This document shows, piece after piece, positions 9,224 to 18,387 of a stretch of 64,000 nt of DNA. Location of the stretch: contig CAVVHS010000007.1 of NCBI GenBank assembly GCA_963748215.1, forward strand, positions 416,001 to 480,000. The letters are read 5' to 3'. This stretch comes from an uncultured Gammaproteobacteria bacterium. GTDB taxonomy: Bacteria > Pseudomonadota > Gammaproteobacteria > UBA9214. Position numbers and translations under genes: made by a program. The notes below the pieces were generated by a model. That model ran no database searches. It was not told the DNA's origin and worked only from the letters and a program-made list of their open reading frames with translations. Numbering within the stretch: the stretch's first letter is position 1; the number at the start of each line of letters is the position of its first letter.

Positions 9224-10297
9224 ATGAAAATCATCCCTGCCGTACTGGCGAACCTGTTCACGCTGTTGCTGCTCACGGCCTGTGGCGGCGGCGGAGGTGG
9301 CGTTGCCGGCATCACCGGGAATTCCGGGCTGGGCGGGACCGTCACCAACGGCATAAACATTACCGCACTGAATGCCCCCAATGTGGCGGCCGCAGTGTTG
9401 AATGGCATGACCGCCGTCACCGGCAGCTCCGACGGTGCCGCCTCGGCCCCGCCGCTGATCACCGGCGTCGCTGTCAACGCCACATCGGGTAACTTCGGTC
9501 TGCCAGGGGTGCTGCTCGATCAACTCGCCCGTGTGCCCGGTCTGCAGAATGCACCGAATAACACCGGTATCGTCGGTGCCGCCGTGAGCCTGAATGTCGG
9601 CTGCTCGGTCAGCGGCTCCGCCTCGCTGTTCGCCAATATCGCCGACCCGGCCTTCATGGTATTGACTGTCGCGGACAGCCTGTCGGTATCCTTTTTCCTC
9701 TGCAACGAGATCGGCGTGGTACTGGATGGCGATCTTGACATGACGGTTGCCGCGATCCAGGGGGGAACCTTCGACGGCATCCCGCCCTTCAATATCCAGC
9801 TGGACACGGTGTTCAGCGCACTGCGGGCGCTCGATGGCAGCGACTACTATTATTCTAATGGCGACATGCAGCTGGTGCTCGATGATGATGGCGCCGGCAA
9901 TCTCAACGCGATGATCTCCGGCACCGCGCTGGATACCTCGTACAATGACCATGATCAGGCGCTGACCGCGTACCTGTTCGATGTGTCCGGCAATGAAAAC
10001 ACCGGTGACTACGCCATTGACCTGGATGGCACCGTGGAGAGTCGTGACATCGACGGCACCATCACCTTCACCACCACGCAGCCCGGTACGGCCGCGTTCG
10101 TGGGCAACGAGTTTGTGGGCAACGGCGATCCCACCTCGGGCACACTGCTGGCGGTGAGCGACCTGGACGGTTCGCAGCTGAAGCTGATCGCGGATGTGAA
10201 TGGTGTCGATGTGGAGCTGCAGGTCGATGCCGACGGCGACGACATCTTTGAAACGACTGGCATCATGACGACCTGGGCCGCGCTGGAGCTGCTCTAG
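9224..10297 (+). CDS. putative surface lipoprotein
   Basis: AAGGAG RBS; lipobox LTAC followed by GGGGGG; Gly/Asn/Asp/Thr-rich, beta-prone. Confidence 0.85.
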   Translation: MKIIPAVLANLFTLLLLTACGGGGGGVAGITGNSGLGGTVTNGINITALNAPNVAAAVLNGMTAVTGSSDGAASAPPLITGVAVNATSGNFGLPGVLLDQLARVPGLQNAPNNTGIVGAAVSLNVGCSVSGSASLFANIADPAFMVLTVADSLSVSFFLCNEIGVVLDGDLDMTVAAIQGGTFDGIPPFNIQLDTVFSALRALDGSDYYYSNGDMQLVLDDDGAGNLNAMISGTALDTSYNDHDQALTAYLFDVSGNENTGDYAIDLDGTVESRDIDGTITFTTTQPGTAAFVGNEFVGNGDPTSGTLLAVSDLDGSQLKLIADVNGVDVELQVDADGDDIFETTGIMTTWAALELL

Positions 10298-10318
10298 TCG
10301 TTAGTGAATCAACCGCTG

Positions 10319-10349
10319 CACGGTGCGGGTCGCCCGGCCCGCACTGTTT
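10319..10349 (+). terminator. hairpin, possible intrinsic terminator
   Basis: GTGCGGG...CCCGCAC stem followed by TGTTT. Confidence 0.4.
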
Positions 10350-10356
10350 GCATTGC

Positions 10357-11190
10357 ATGAATCGCTTGCCCCGGCACAACAGCCCATTAAGCCTGGCGGT
10401 GGCCGCCTGGCTGCTGGTTTTGATGCCCGCGCTCACCCGCGCCGGTGATGACGGCGCAATGCACCTGGATGCCTGGCTGGGTGCCGGCGTTTTGGACTTC
10501 GACTATGAGGAGTTCGACCAGGGCGTCAGCCTCGACCGCGAGGAGGGCTACCTGCCGGGTGTCAGCGCGGGCCTGCGGCTGGCGCGAGGCAGACTGTTTG
10601 CCGAGACAGCGCTGGAGGCCTGGACGGGCGGTATCGATTACGCATCGGCGACCGTAATCACGACGACGGACGAGGACATCCTCGACTGGAACGTGATCGC
10701 CGGGCGTGACCTGTTCGTACAGGCGGACCAGCGCCTCGGGCTCTATGCCGGGCTCGGCTACCGGCACTGGCAGCGCGATATCCAGTCAACATCCACAGCA
10801 TTCGGCCTGGACGAGACCTACCGCTGGTGGTACGCCAGCGTGGGGTTGCGCGCCGAAAGTGCTGTCACGCCGCGGGTCAGTTTCCGGGCCGACCTGCAGC
10901 TGCGGCGCACGCTGGACCCTCAAATCGATATCCGTTTCAAGAGCGGCCAGGATGACATCACGCTCGACCTCGGTGAAGCCAACGGCGCGCGCGCGGCCTT
11001 CACCCTCGCGGGCCGCGCCGATCATGGCATGACCCTGTTCGTGACACCCTGGTTCGAATACTGGCGACTGGGCCGCAGTGCCAATGCCCTATTGACGCAG
11101 AACGGCGTGCCGGCGGGCACGGTGTTCGAGCCGCGCAGCCGGACGCACAACCTGGGCATCAACGCCGGTCTGCGCTGGCGGCTGTTCTAG
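10357..11190 (+). CDS. putative outer-membrane beta-barrel protein
   Basis: Signal peptide, alternating amphipathic strands, C-terminal ...GLRWRLF. Confidence 0.8.
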   Translation: MNRLPRHNSPLSLAVAAWLLVLMPALTRAGDDGAMHLDAWLGAGVLDFDYEEFDQGVSLDREEGYLPGVSAGLRLARGRLFAETALEAWTGGIDYASATVITTTDEDILDWNVIAGRDLFVQADQRLGLYAGLGYRHWQRDIQSTSTAFGLDETYRWWYASVGLRAESAVTPRVSFRADLQLRRTLDPQIDIRFKSGQDDITLDLGEANGARAAFTLAGRADHGMTLFVTPWFEYWRLGRSANALLTQNGVPAGTVFEPRSRTHNLGINAGLRWRLF

Positions 11191-11201
11191 TCGGCGGAAA
11201 A

Positions 11202-11290
11202 GGTAGGGTGCACTTTGTGCACCATTTCCGGTGCGTAAAACGCACCCTACATCTGATCGTTGCAGGAGCGCTTCGCAAGGCTGCTTCGGG
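11202..11290. repeat. REP doublet between convergent genes
   Basis: GTAGGGTGCACTTTGTGCACC...GGTGCGTAAAACGCACCCTAC. Confidence 0.85.
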
Positions 11291-11340
11291 CCTCCTGCCC
11301 TCACGCGGCACTCGTACTTCCATGTACATCGCGCGATCTT

Positions 11341-12153
11341 TTACTGACGCACCGCCAGTTTCTTCAGCACGTAGGCGGCGGCTGCCAGGCCGAAGCTGGC
11401 GGTGACCGGCATCGCCGAACCCAGGCCGCCGGCGCAGGTCAGCCCGCCGAGGCGCTGGTGGTCCGGCCGGGCCGGGCTGACGCAGCCGTCCGCGGCTGGG
11501 AATACCGGGTTTTCCTCCGAGTACACGCAGGGCACGTCGAAGCGTCGCTTGAGATTCTTCGGGAAGCCGTAGTCGGTGCGCAGCAGCCGGCGGGTCTTGG
11601 CAAACAGTGCATCGTGCTCGGTGCGGCTCAGGTCGACCACGCGGATGCGGGTCGGATCGGTCTGGCCGCCGGCGCCGCCGACGGTGATGATGCGGATCCT
11701 GTTGCGCCGGCAGTGCGCGATCAGGTGTGCCTTGGTGCGAAAGCCGTCGATGCAGTCGATGACGTAGTCGAAGCCGGGCGCGACCAGGGTCGCTATGTTG
11801 TCGAGCGTGACGAACTCCTCGATGCCGTACACCGTGCAGTGCGGATTGATCGCCCGCATGCGTTCAGTCATCGCCCGCGCCTTGGCCATACCGAGCGTGC
11901 TGTCGAGCGCGGGCAGCTGGCGGTTGATGTTCGACTCGGCAACGTGGTCCGGATCGATCAGCGTAATGCGGCCGATCGCCGAACGCGTCAGTGCCTCGGC
12001 CGCCCAGGAGCCGACACCGCCGATGCCCAGTACGCACACATGGGCATTGCGGAACGTCTCCAGCGCGGCCGCGCCGTACAGGCGTTGAATACCGCCGAAG
12101 CGGCGCTCGAAGTCCACGTTCCCGTCCCTGTGCAGTAAATCCGTACCGGTCAT
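11341..12153 (-). CDS. tcdA: tRNA threonylcarbamoyladenosine dehydratase (ThiF/E1-like)
   Basis: RRFGGIQRLYG, GIGGVGSWAAEAL, SNINRQ, GGAGGQTDPT. Confidence 0.92.
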   Translation of the reverse strand: MTGTDLLHRDGNVDFERRFGGIQRLYGAAALETFRNAHVCVLGIGGVGSWAAEALTRSAIGRITLIDPDHVAESNINRQLPALDSTLGMAKARAMTERMRAINPHCTVYGIEEFVTLDNIATLVAPGFDYVIDCIDGFRTKAHLIAHCRRNRIRIITVGGAGGQTDPTRIRVVDLSRTEHDALFAKTRRLLRTDYGFPKNLKRRFDVPCVYSEENPVFPAADGCVSPARPDHQRLGGLTCAGGLGSAMPVTASFGLAAAAYVLKKLAVRQ

Positions 12154-12215
12154 GCAGGCAACATACCAGAAAACGGCTGCGCGACAATGCGCGTCCGGCT
12201 TACAATGATCTGTAC

Positions 12216-12989
12216 ATGGAACTGATCGATACCCATTGCCATCTCGACGTGGAGGCGTTCGACGCCGACCGCGCCGCGGTGCTGGCCCGGGCGCGTGCCG
12301 CCGGGGTGGGCGGTATCGTGGTGCCCGGCGTGCTGGCCCGGACCTGGGACAGCCTGTGGGCGTTCTGCGCCGGCGATCCCGGCCTCTATCCGGCACTGGG
12401 CATGCACCCGGTCTACCTCGAGCGGCATACCGCTGCCGACACGGCGGAACTGGAGGCATGGATTGCCGCGCGGCGACCGGTCGCGATCGGCGAAATCGGG
12501 CTCGACTACTACGTCGACGGTCTCGACCGCGACCGGCAGCAGCAGCTGTTCGAGGCGCAGTTAAAGATCGCGCGCGCGGCGGACCTGCCGGTGATCCTGC
12601 ACGTGCGCAAGGCACACGATGACGTGCTGTCCACACTGAAGCGGGTGCGCGTGTGCGGCGGTATCTGCCATGCTTTCAACGGCAGCCTGCAGCAGGCCGG
12701 CCAGTATATGGAACTGGGTTTCCGGCTGGGTTTCGGCGGCATGTTGACCTATGAGCGCTCCAGCAAGCTGCGCGGCCTGGCCGGGGCGCTGCCGCTGGAG
12801 ATGCTGGTGCTGGAGACCGATGCGCCGGACATGACCGTCGCCCGGCACCACGGCGAGCGCAACAGCCCGGAGTACCTGCCGGACTGCCTGGCCGCGCTGG
12901 CCGCGGTGCGCGGGGAACCGGAACAACATGTGGCGAATGTGACGACGGCCAATGCGCGTGCCGTCCTCAGGCTGGATGATTATGTATGA
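12216..12989 (+). CDS. TatD family hydrolase
   Basis: IDTHCHLD, GMHP, IGEIGLDY, HAFNGS, LETDAPD. Confidence 0.95.
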   Translation: MELIDTHCHLDVEAFDADRAAVLARARAAGVGGIVVPGVLARTWDSLWAFCAGDPGLYPALGMHPVYLERHTAADTAELEAWIAARRPVAIGEIGLDYYVDGLDRDRQQQLFEAQLKIARAADLPVILHVRKAHDDVLSTLKRVRVCGGICHAFNGSLQQAGQYMELGFRLGFGGMLTYERSSKLRGLAGALPLEMLVLETDAPDMTVARHHGERNSPEYLPDCLAALAAVRGEPEQHVANVTTANARAVLRLDDYV

Positions 12990-13040
12990 CAAGGGCGCGC
13001 CAGGTGGATGCGTGGCCGCTACTGAAGGAGGGACAGGGCG

Positions 13041-13439
13041 ATGCGGCTGTTTTGCTACGGGACATTGCAATACCCGGAAATCATGCAACAGGTAAGCGGC
13101 ACTCACTATGCCGGCCTGCCGGTGGTGCTGGAGAACTACGCCTGCTACACAGTGCGCGGTGAGGTCTTTCCCGGCATCATCCCCGAACCGGGTGCACATA
13201 CCCGCGGCATGGTTTACAACGGCATGGGTACGGCGCAGCTGGAACGGCTGGATGCCTTCGAAAACGATTTCTACGTGCGCCGGCGTGTGGTGGTTAGCGG
13301 TGCGGACGAACGGCCGCTCCAGGCGTGGGCCTACGTGGTGCGTTCCGAAGACCGTGCGCTACTCACGGACGAGCACTGGGACCGCGGCCTGTTCGAGTTG
13401 CTGCACCTGCCGGCGTTTCTGCACAAAGTCACGGGCTGA
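13041..13439 (+). CDS. gamma-glutamylcyclotransferase (GGACT/AIG2-like)
   Basis: LFCYGTL, LDAFE...Y-x-R. Confidence 0.9.
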   Translation: MRLFCYGTLQYPEIMQQVSGTHYAGLPVVLENYACYTVRGEVFPGIIPEPGAHTRGMVYNGMGTAQLERLDAFENDFYVRRRVVVSGADERPLQAWAYVVRSEDRALLTDEHWDRGLFELLHLPAFLHKVTG

Positions 13440-13443
13440 CGCG

Positions 13444-13659
13444 ATGGGCGCCGGCAAGCTGCTGATATCCATTGGCGTGATGCTGGTCGTGCTGGGCCTG
13501 GTACTCAGCTACGCGCCCGGCCTGTTCGGCTGGTTCGGACACCTGCCCGGCGATATCCGCCGGGAAGGGGCGCACGGTACCGTGTTCATCCCGATCACCT
13601 CGATGATTGTGATCAGCATCGTGCTGAGCATCCTCCTCAATCTGTTTTTTCGACGCTGA
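13444..13659 (+). CDS. DUF2905 small membrane protein
   Basis: GHLPGDIR...FIPITSMIVISIVLS. Confidence 0.9.
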   Translation: MGAGKLLISIGVMLVVLGLVLSYAPGLFGWFGHLPGDIRREGAHGTVFIPITSMIVISIVLSILLNLFFRR

Positions 13660-13859
13660 AACGCCGGCAGACAGGCATTACCTGGAACATCGCCATGGAA
13701 GCACAGGGAATTACACGAATGGCTTTGGTTTCATTCCGTGTCCATTATCTATCGCGCGATGTTCAGGATGTACAAGTGCCGTGAAGCACATGGAGAAGGT
13801 GAGACCATTTTTACGGGCATAGCCCGGGTCGAGAAGCTGGCCTGGGCCATGTGCGGGAA

Positions 13860-13985
13860 CGGCCATGAGATGCGCTCCTGCCTCAACAGGCGGTGCACGG
13901 GCGTTCACGGTGCGTAAAACGCACCCTACGCCTGCATTTGTTATTTTTCCGTGTTCTTCCGTGGATTCCGTGGCCATTATCCTCT
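13860..13985. repeat. composite REP cluster
   Basis: CATGAGATGCGCTCCTGC, GGTGCGTAAAACGCACCCTACG, TTCCGTGTTCTTCCGTGGATTCCGTGGCC. Confidence 0.85.
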
Positions 13986-14285
13986 CGCAGACCGCGACGA
14001 ATACGCTTCCTACCCCCATGGACGCTGACAGGGTGGCAGCGCTGGCGAGCTTCGTGACCTTTGCCGCGGGGCTCGACTGCGTCCGGAACATAACCGTTCC
14101 GGTACGCAAGCACTCTTCGTTCAATATATGAGAAGTATTATATAAGTATACTGAATATTAATATTATAAATTTGTCGGGCATGTGCGCGATGCGCGTCTG
14201 GCATGTGCGGCGCATTCCCTCTAATATGGGGGCGTCCCGGGACACGCGTTCGCCTGCATTCCCGGTAACCGGACAGGAACATACA

Positions 14286-15072
14286 ATGACCTATTGCGTG
14301 GCAATTGCAACCGAAGATGGCCTGGTATTCTGCTCGGACTCGCGCACCAGCGCCGGTCCCGATATGCTCTCGTCCTACAGCAAGATGCACGTGTTCAGCG
14401 CCGGCGCCGGACCGGCTGTTCGTGCTGCTGACGGCGGGAAACCTCGCCACCACGCAGGCCATCGTCAGCCGCATCGAACACGAACTGAACGAGCCCGACA
14501 TGGCCAACCTGCGCAACTGCAAACGAATGGTCGATGCCGCCAAGTACGTCGGCATGGTGAGCCGGCAGGAACAGACGGATGCGCAGTCCTCCACGGCCAA
14601 AACCGGTGTCGATACCTCGGCCTCGCTGCTGCTGGGCGGCCAGATTCGCGGTGGCGAGATGGCCATCTTTTTGATCTACCCGGCCGGCAATTTCATCACC
14701 GACTCGGACGAGAACCCGTTCCTGCAGATCGGTGAAAGCAAGTACGGCAAGCCGATCCTGGACCGCATCCTGACCCGCAAGACCTCGCTGGAAGATGCCG
14801 CGCGCTGCGCCGTCGTGTCCATGGACTCCACAATCCGTTCCAATGCGACGGTGGGACCGCCGATCGAGCTGCTGGTATACGAGGACAATACCTTCGAAAG
14901 CGATCATTACCTGCGCTTCGAAGAGGATGACGATTACCTCCGTGCCGTCCGCCAGAGCTGGAATGAATCGCTCAAGGAGGCATTTTCCGGGTTGCCGCTG
15001 CTGGATTGGGAACAGCGCACCACGCATGCCAACGTCCTGCCGCTGCCACAGGAGACCAAGCGCAAGCGTTGA
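14286..15072 (+). CDS. Anbu proteasome-type Ntn peptidase (frameshift near 14405)
   Basis: M-T1-YCVAI, SDSRTSAG, K-M-H, then AGNLATTQ, QIGESKYGKPILDR and SMDSTIRSNATVGPP in the shifted frame. Confidence 0.93.
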
Positions 15073-15220
15073 CCGGTTTTCTTCCCGGAGTTGCCGTGGC
15101 CATGCCCGCAGCGGCCAGGCCTCGGCAACCGCTCCTGCATCAATCAGACACACCCGCAATGGTGCGGTTGATGCGGTTCGCGAAGCTCACCGCATCCTGC
15201 GGACTGCAATCATCGGTTAT

Positions 15221-15665
15221 TCCGTGTCCTTCCGTGTAGTTCCGTGGCCATTATCATCGCGCATGAGATGCGCTCCTACATCCAATAGACGGTGTAGGGC
15301 GGCACCCGTCGCACGGTTGCCGGTGCGTAAAACGCACCCTACGCCTGCATTTATTTTTCCGTGTCCTTCCGTGTGGTTCCGTGGCCATTATCATCGCGCA
15401 TGAGATGCGCTCCTACATCAATAGACGGTGTAGGGCGGCACCCGCCGCATGGTTGCCGGTGCGTAAAACGCACCCTACGCCTGCATTTATTTTTCCGTGT
15501 CCTTCCGTGTGGTTCCGTGGCCATTATCATCGCGCATGAGATGCGCTCCTACATCAATAGACGGTGTAGGGTGCACCCGCCGCAGGGTTGCCGGTGCGTA
15601 AAACGCACCCTACGCCTGCATTTATTTTTCCGTGTCCTTCCGTGGATTCCGTGGCCATTATCATT
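15221..15665. repeat. BIME-like tandem array, about 136-bp unit x about 3.3
   Basis: Units start at 15221, 15358, 15494 and 15629; each carries GTAG-footed hairpins. Confidence 0.92.
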
Positions 15666-15744
15666 TGCAGGAGCGGATCGCGTCCGCGATCATTTTATGG
15701 CCGTAAAATTTTCGCGTGCCGGGAGCGGCATGCGCGGCAATGCT

Positions 15745-16680
15745 TTATTTGCCGGCCTCGGGATCGAACCAGGTGTGGTTGATGGCGTTGTGTATGTCGT
15801 CCAGCATGAGCTGCATGTCATCGATGAAGGTGTGCAGCGTGGCGTTTTTGAGCATGGCCGGGTCGGCCTCGTCCAGCGCCTGTTTGACGCTGGCGATGGC
15901 CGCGAGCGGTTCCTTGTTGCGTGGCAGCAGGCCGAGACTGGTGTCTATCTCGTTGAGCGTGTGCGCCAGCGCGCGCGGAAATATCTTGCTGTCGAGCAGG
16001 AAATGCAGCACATCCTCCGGGTTGACATTGCGGCGCACGCTGAGCCGGTACATCTGGTAGGCGCTGAGCGACTTGAGCACGCTGACCCACAGCACATTGC
16101 GATAGGGCAGTATTTCCTCCCTGTCGCCCATCAGCCGGGCCGAGGCGGTATCGATGATGCGCGTACTCATGTCGGCGCGCTCCAGGTTGCGGCCGATACG
16201 GATGAACTGGTAGGCGGCGTCGTTGTTCATGCTGCCGGCCAGCATGCCCGTGATCTGCTGACAGCGCTGCACGATGTCATTCAGCACCTTGTGTCGGATA
16301 CTCCCCGGCAGCCCGCGCGTGCCGCGCTGGGCAACGCTCAGGTAGAGGCTGTTGATGCGTTCCCAGGTTTCGGTCGGCAGGACCTCGCGCGTGGTGCGGA
16401 TATTTTCACGCGCCGCCGCGAGTGAGCTGAGCAGGGAGCTTGGGTTGTCACGGCTGCCGAACAGGAAGGCGATGATGTTTTTTTCCGTGGGCTTCATGCC
16501 CAGTGTATCGAATGCCACCCGCGCACCCAGTACCTCGATCATCAGGTCCCAGCCGGGCCTGATGGATGCCGGAAGGTCGAGCACCATGTGATGCTGGACC
16601 AGCATCAGGCGTGCCGTGTTTTCGGTGCGCTCGATCTGGCGCGCCATCCAGTACAGCCGTTTGGCGACACGCGACAGCAT
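15745..16680 (-). CDS. alpha-E domain protein (DUF403)
   Basis: MLSRVAKRLYWMARQIERTENTAR, ARENIR, GRNLERAD, FPRAL. Confidence 0.93.
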   Translation of the reverse strand: MLSRVAKRLYWMARQIERTENTARLMLVQHHMVLDLPASIRPGWDLMIEVLGARVAFDTLGMKPTEKNIIAFLFGSRDNPSSLLSSLAAARENIRTTREVLPTETWERINSLYLSVAQRGTRGLPGSIRHKVLNDIVQRCQQITGMLAGSMNNDAAYQFIRIGRNLERADMSTRIIDTASARLMGDREEILPYRNVLWVSVLKSLSAYQMYRLSVRRNVNPEDVLHFLLDSKIFPRALAHTLNEIDTSLGLLPRNKEPLAAIASVKQALDEADPAMLKNATLHTFIDDMQLMLDDIHNAINHTWFDPEAGK

Positions 16681-18152
16681 TATTTCGCCTCCGTATCGAC
16701 GACCCAGGTGTCCTTGCTGCCGCCGCCCTGGGAGGAGTTCACTACCAGCGAACCCTTGCGCAGGGCGACCCGGGTCAGGCCGCCGGCGGTGACGTAATGG
16801 TGCTTGCCCTGCAGGATGAAGGGCCGCAGGTCGAGGTGGCGCGGTTCGATACGGCCGTTGCACAGGGTCGGCGCGGTGGACAGGTTGAGCGCCGGCTGTG
16901 CCATGTAGTTGCGCGGGTTTTTCTCGATGAGTTCGGCAAATTTCGCGCGCTCCGCCTTGGTCGCGACCGGGCCGACCAGCATGCCGTAGCCGCCGGATTC
17001 GTTGGCCGGCTTGACCACCATCTTGTCGAGGTTGGCCAGCACGTGCTTGCGCTGTTTCTCGTCAACGCACAGGAAGGACGGCACGTTGGGTATGATCGGG
17101 TCTTCGTCGAGGTAGTACTTGATGATGGCCGGCACGAAGGTGTAGACCACCTTGTCGTCGGCGACACCGGCACCCGGTGCGTTCGCCAGGCCGACCTTGC
17201 CGGCGCGCCAGGCGCGCATCAGGCCGGGCGTGCCCAGGCAGGAATCGGGCCGGAACGCCTCCGGGTCGATGAAGTCGTCGTTGACGCGGCGGTAGATGAC
17301 GTCGACCCGTTCCAGACCCTTGATGGTCTTCATGTACACGCAGTCATCATCACCAACCACCAGGTCAGATCCCATCACCAGTTCCGCGCCCATGCGCTGC
17401 GCCAGGTAGGAATGCTCGAAATAGGCGGAGTTATAGATGCCCGGTGTCATGACCACGACCTCGGGACTGCGCGAATGGCGCGGCGACAGCGAGGTGAGCA
17501 TGTCGAACAGCTGCGACGGGTAGTCGTCTACCGGCAGGATGCTGTGCTTGCGGAACAGCTGCGGCAGCACGCGCTTGGTGACGGCGCGGTTCTCCAGCAT
17601 GTAGGACACGCCGGACGGCACGCGCAGGTTGTCTTCCAGCACGTACACGGTGCCGTCGCTGTCGCGTACCAGGTCGGAGCCGCAGATATGCGCCCATACG
17701 CCATACTTCGGCTTGGCGTCGACGCACTGCTTGAAGAAATCCTTCGAGCTATTGATGATCTCCGCGGGAAAGACCTTGTCCTTGATGATGCGCTGCCTGT
17801 GATAGACATCATCGATGAACATGTTGAGCGCCGTCAGGCGCTGGACCAGGCCGGCCTCCAGGCGCCGCCACTCCGTAATGGGGATGACACGCGGAATGAT
17901 GTCCATGGGCCAGGAACGGTCGATGTTCTCGCCCTCGCTGTAGACGGTGAAGCTGATGCCCATTTCCTTGATGGCCAGGTCGGCCGCCTGCTGGCGGTTC
18001 TGCAGGTGTTTTTCGGTCAGGGTCTGCAGGTAGGAAACGATGCCGCGCGCAACGGCGCGGGCATGGCCCGGCGAACTGATCAGTTCGTCGTAAAATTTAC
18101 CTGGATCGTACTGCTTCCAGTCGATTGCCTCTTTGCGGACAACGCGGGTCAT
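16680..18152 (-). CDS. circularly permuted type 2 ATP-grasp protein, copy 1
   Basis: HICGSDLVRD, LEDNLRVPSGVSYMLENR, KPANESGGYG, NSSQGGGSKDTWV; an alternative GTG start lies at 18185. Confidence 0.95.
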   Translation of the reverse strand: MTRVVRKEAIDWKQYDPGKFYDELISSPGHARAVARGIVSYLQTLTEKHLQNRQQAADLAIKEMGISFTVYSEGENIDRSWPMDIIPRVIPITEWRRLEAGLVQRLTALNMFIDDVYHRQRIIKDKVFPAEIINSSKDFFKQCVDAKPKYGVWAHICGSDLVRDSDGTVYVLEDNLRVPSGVSYMLENRAVTKRVLPQLFRKHSILPVDDYPSQLFDMLTSLSPRHSRSPEVVVMTPGIYNSAYFEHSYLAQRMGAELVMGSDLVVGDDDCVYMKTIKGLERVDVIYRRVNDDFIDPEAFRPDSCLGTPGLMRAWRAGKVGLANAPGAGVADDKVVYTFVPAIIKYYLDEDPIIPNVPSFLCVDEKQRKHVLANLDKMVVKPANESGGYGMLVGPVATKAERAKFAELIEKNPRNYMAQPALNLSTAPTLCNGRIEPRHLDLRPFILQGKHHYVTAGGLTRVALRKGSLVVNSSQGGGSKDTWVVDTEAK

Positions 18153-18239
18153 GTTGCCTGTATTCCTGTTCCGGTCATGGGTCACCGAGTGAGTAAGCAG
18201 CTTGTGTCAGTTACCTGTCTGCATCCTGCTCCAGACTGA

Positions 18240-18255
18240 AGCAAGACGCATGCCA
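18240..18255 (-). promoter_or_regulatory. sigma54 -24/-12 promoter
   Basis: TGGCATGCGTCTTGCT on the minus strand (GG-N10-GC), upstream of ATP-grasp copy 1. Confidence 0.75.
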
Positions 18256-18387
18256 TTATGGGGTATATGGCTAACTGCCCGCAATGGTTATCTATTTACC
18301 GGGATAAAATTTCGCGATGGGTCAAGCCGTGGGCGATTCTGGTGCTGGGCGATCCCGTCTGGCGCGTGACAGGTGTAAAGTACCGGC

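Noticed and set aside
11341-12153. ThiF/E1-like enzyme as a ubiquitin-like activator for the Anbu cluster
   Set aside because: Its motifs match housekeeping TcdA, it is divergent from tatD, and no Ubl or JAB gene is nearby
14395-14415. Programmed frameshift in Anbu
   Set aside because: No slippery heptamer is present, and similar indels occur in unrelated genes
15221-15665. Possible CRISPR array
   Set aside because: The units are about 136 bp and almost identical throughout, with no unique spacers and no cas genes; this is a REP/BIME array
15361-16425. 354-aa ORF with internal repeats
   Set aside because: Translation of the REP array plus the antisense strand of alpha-E
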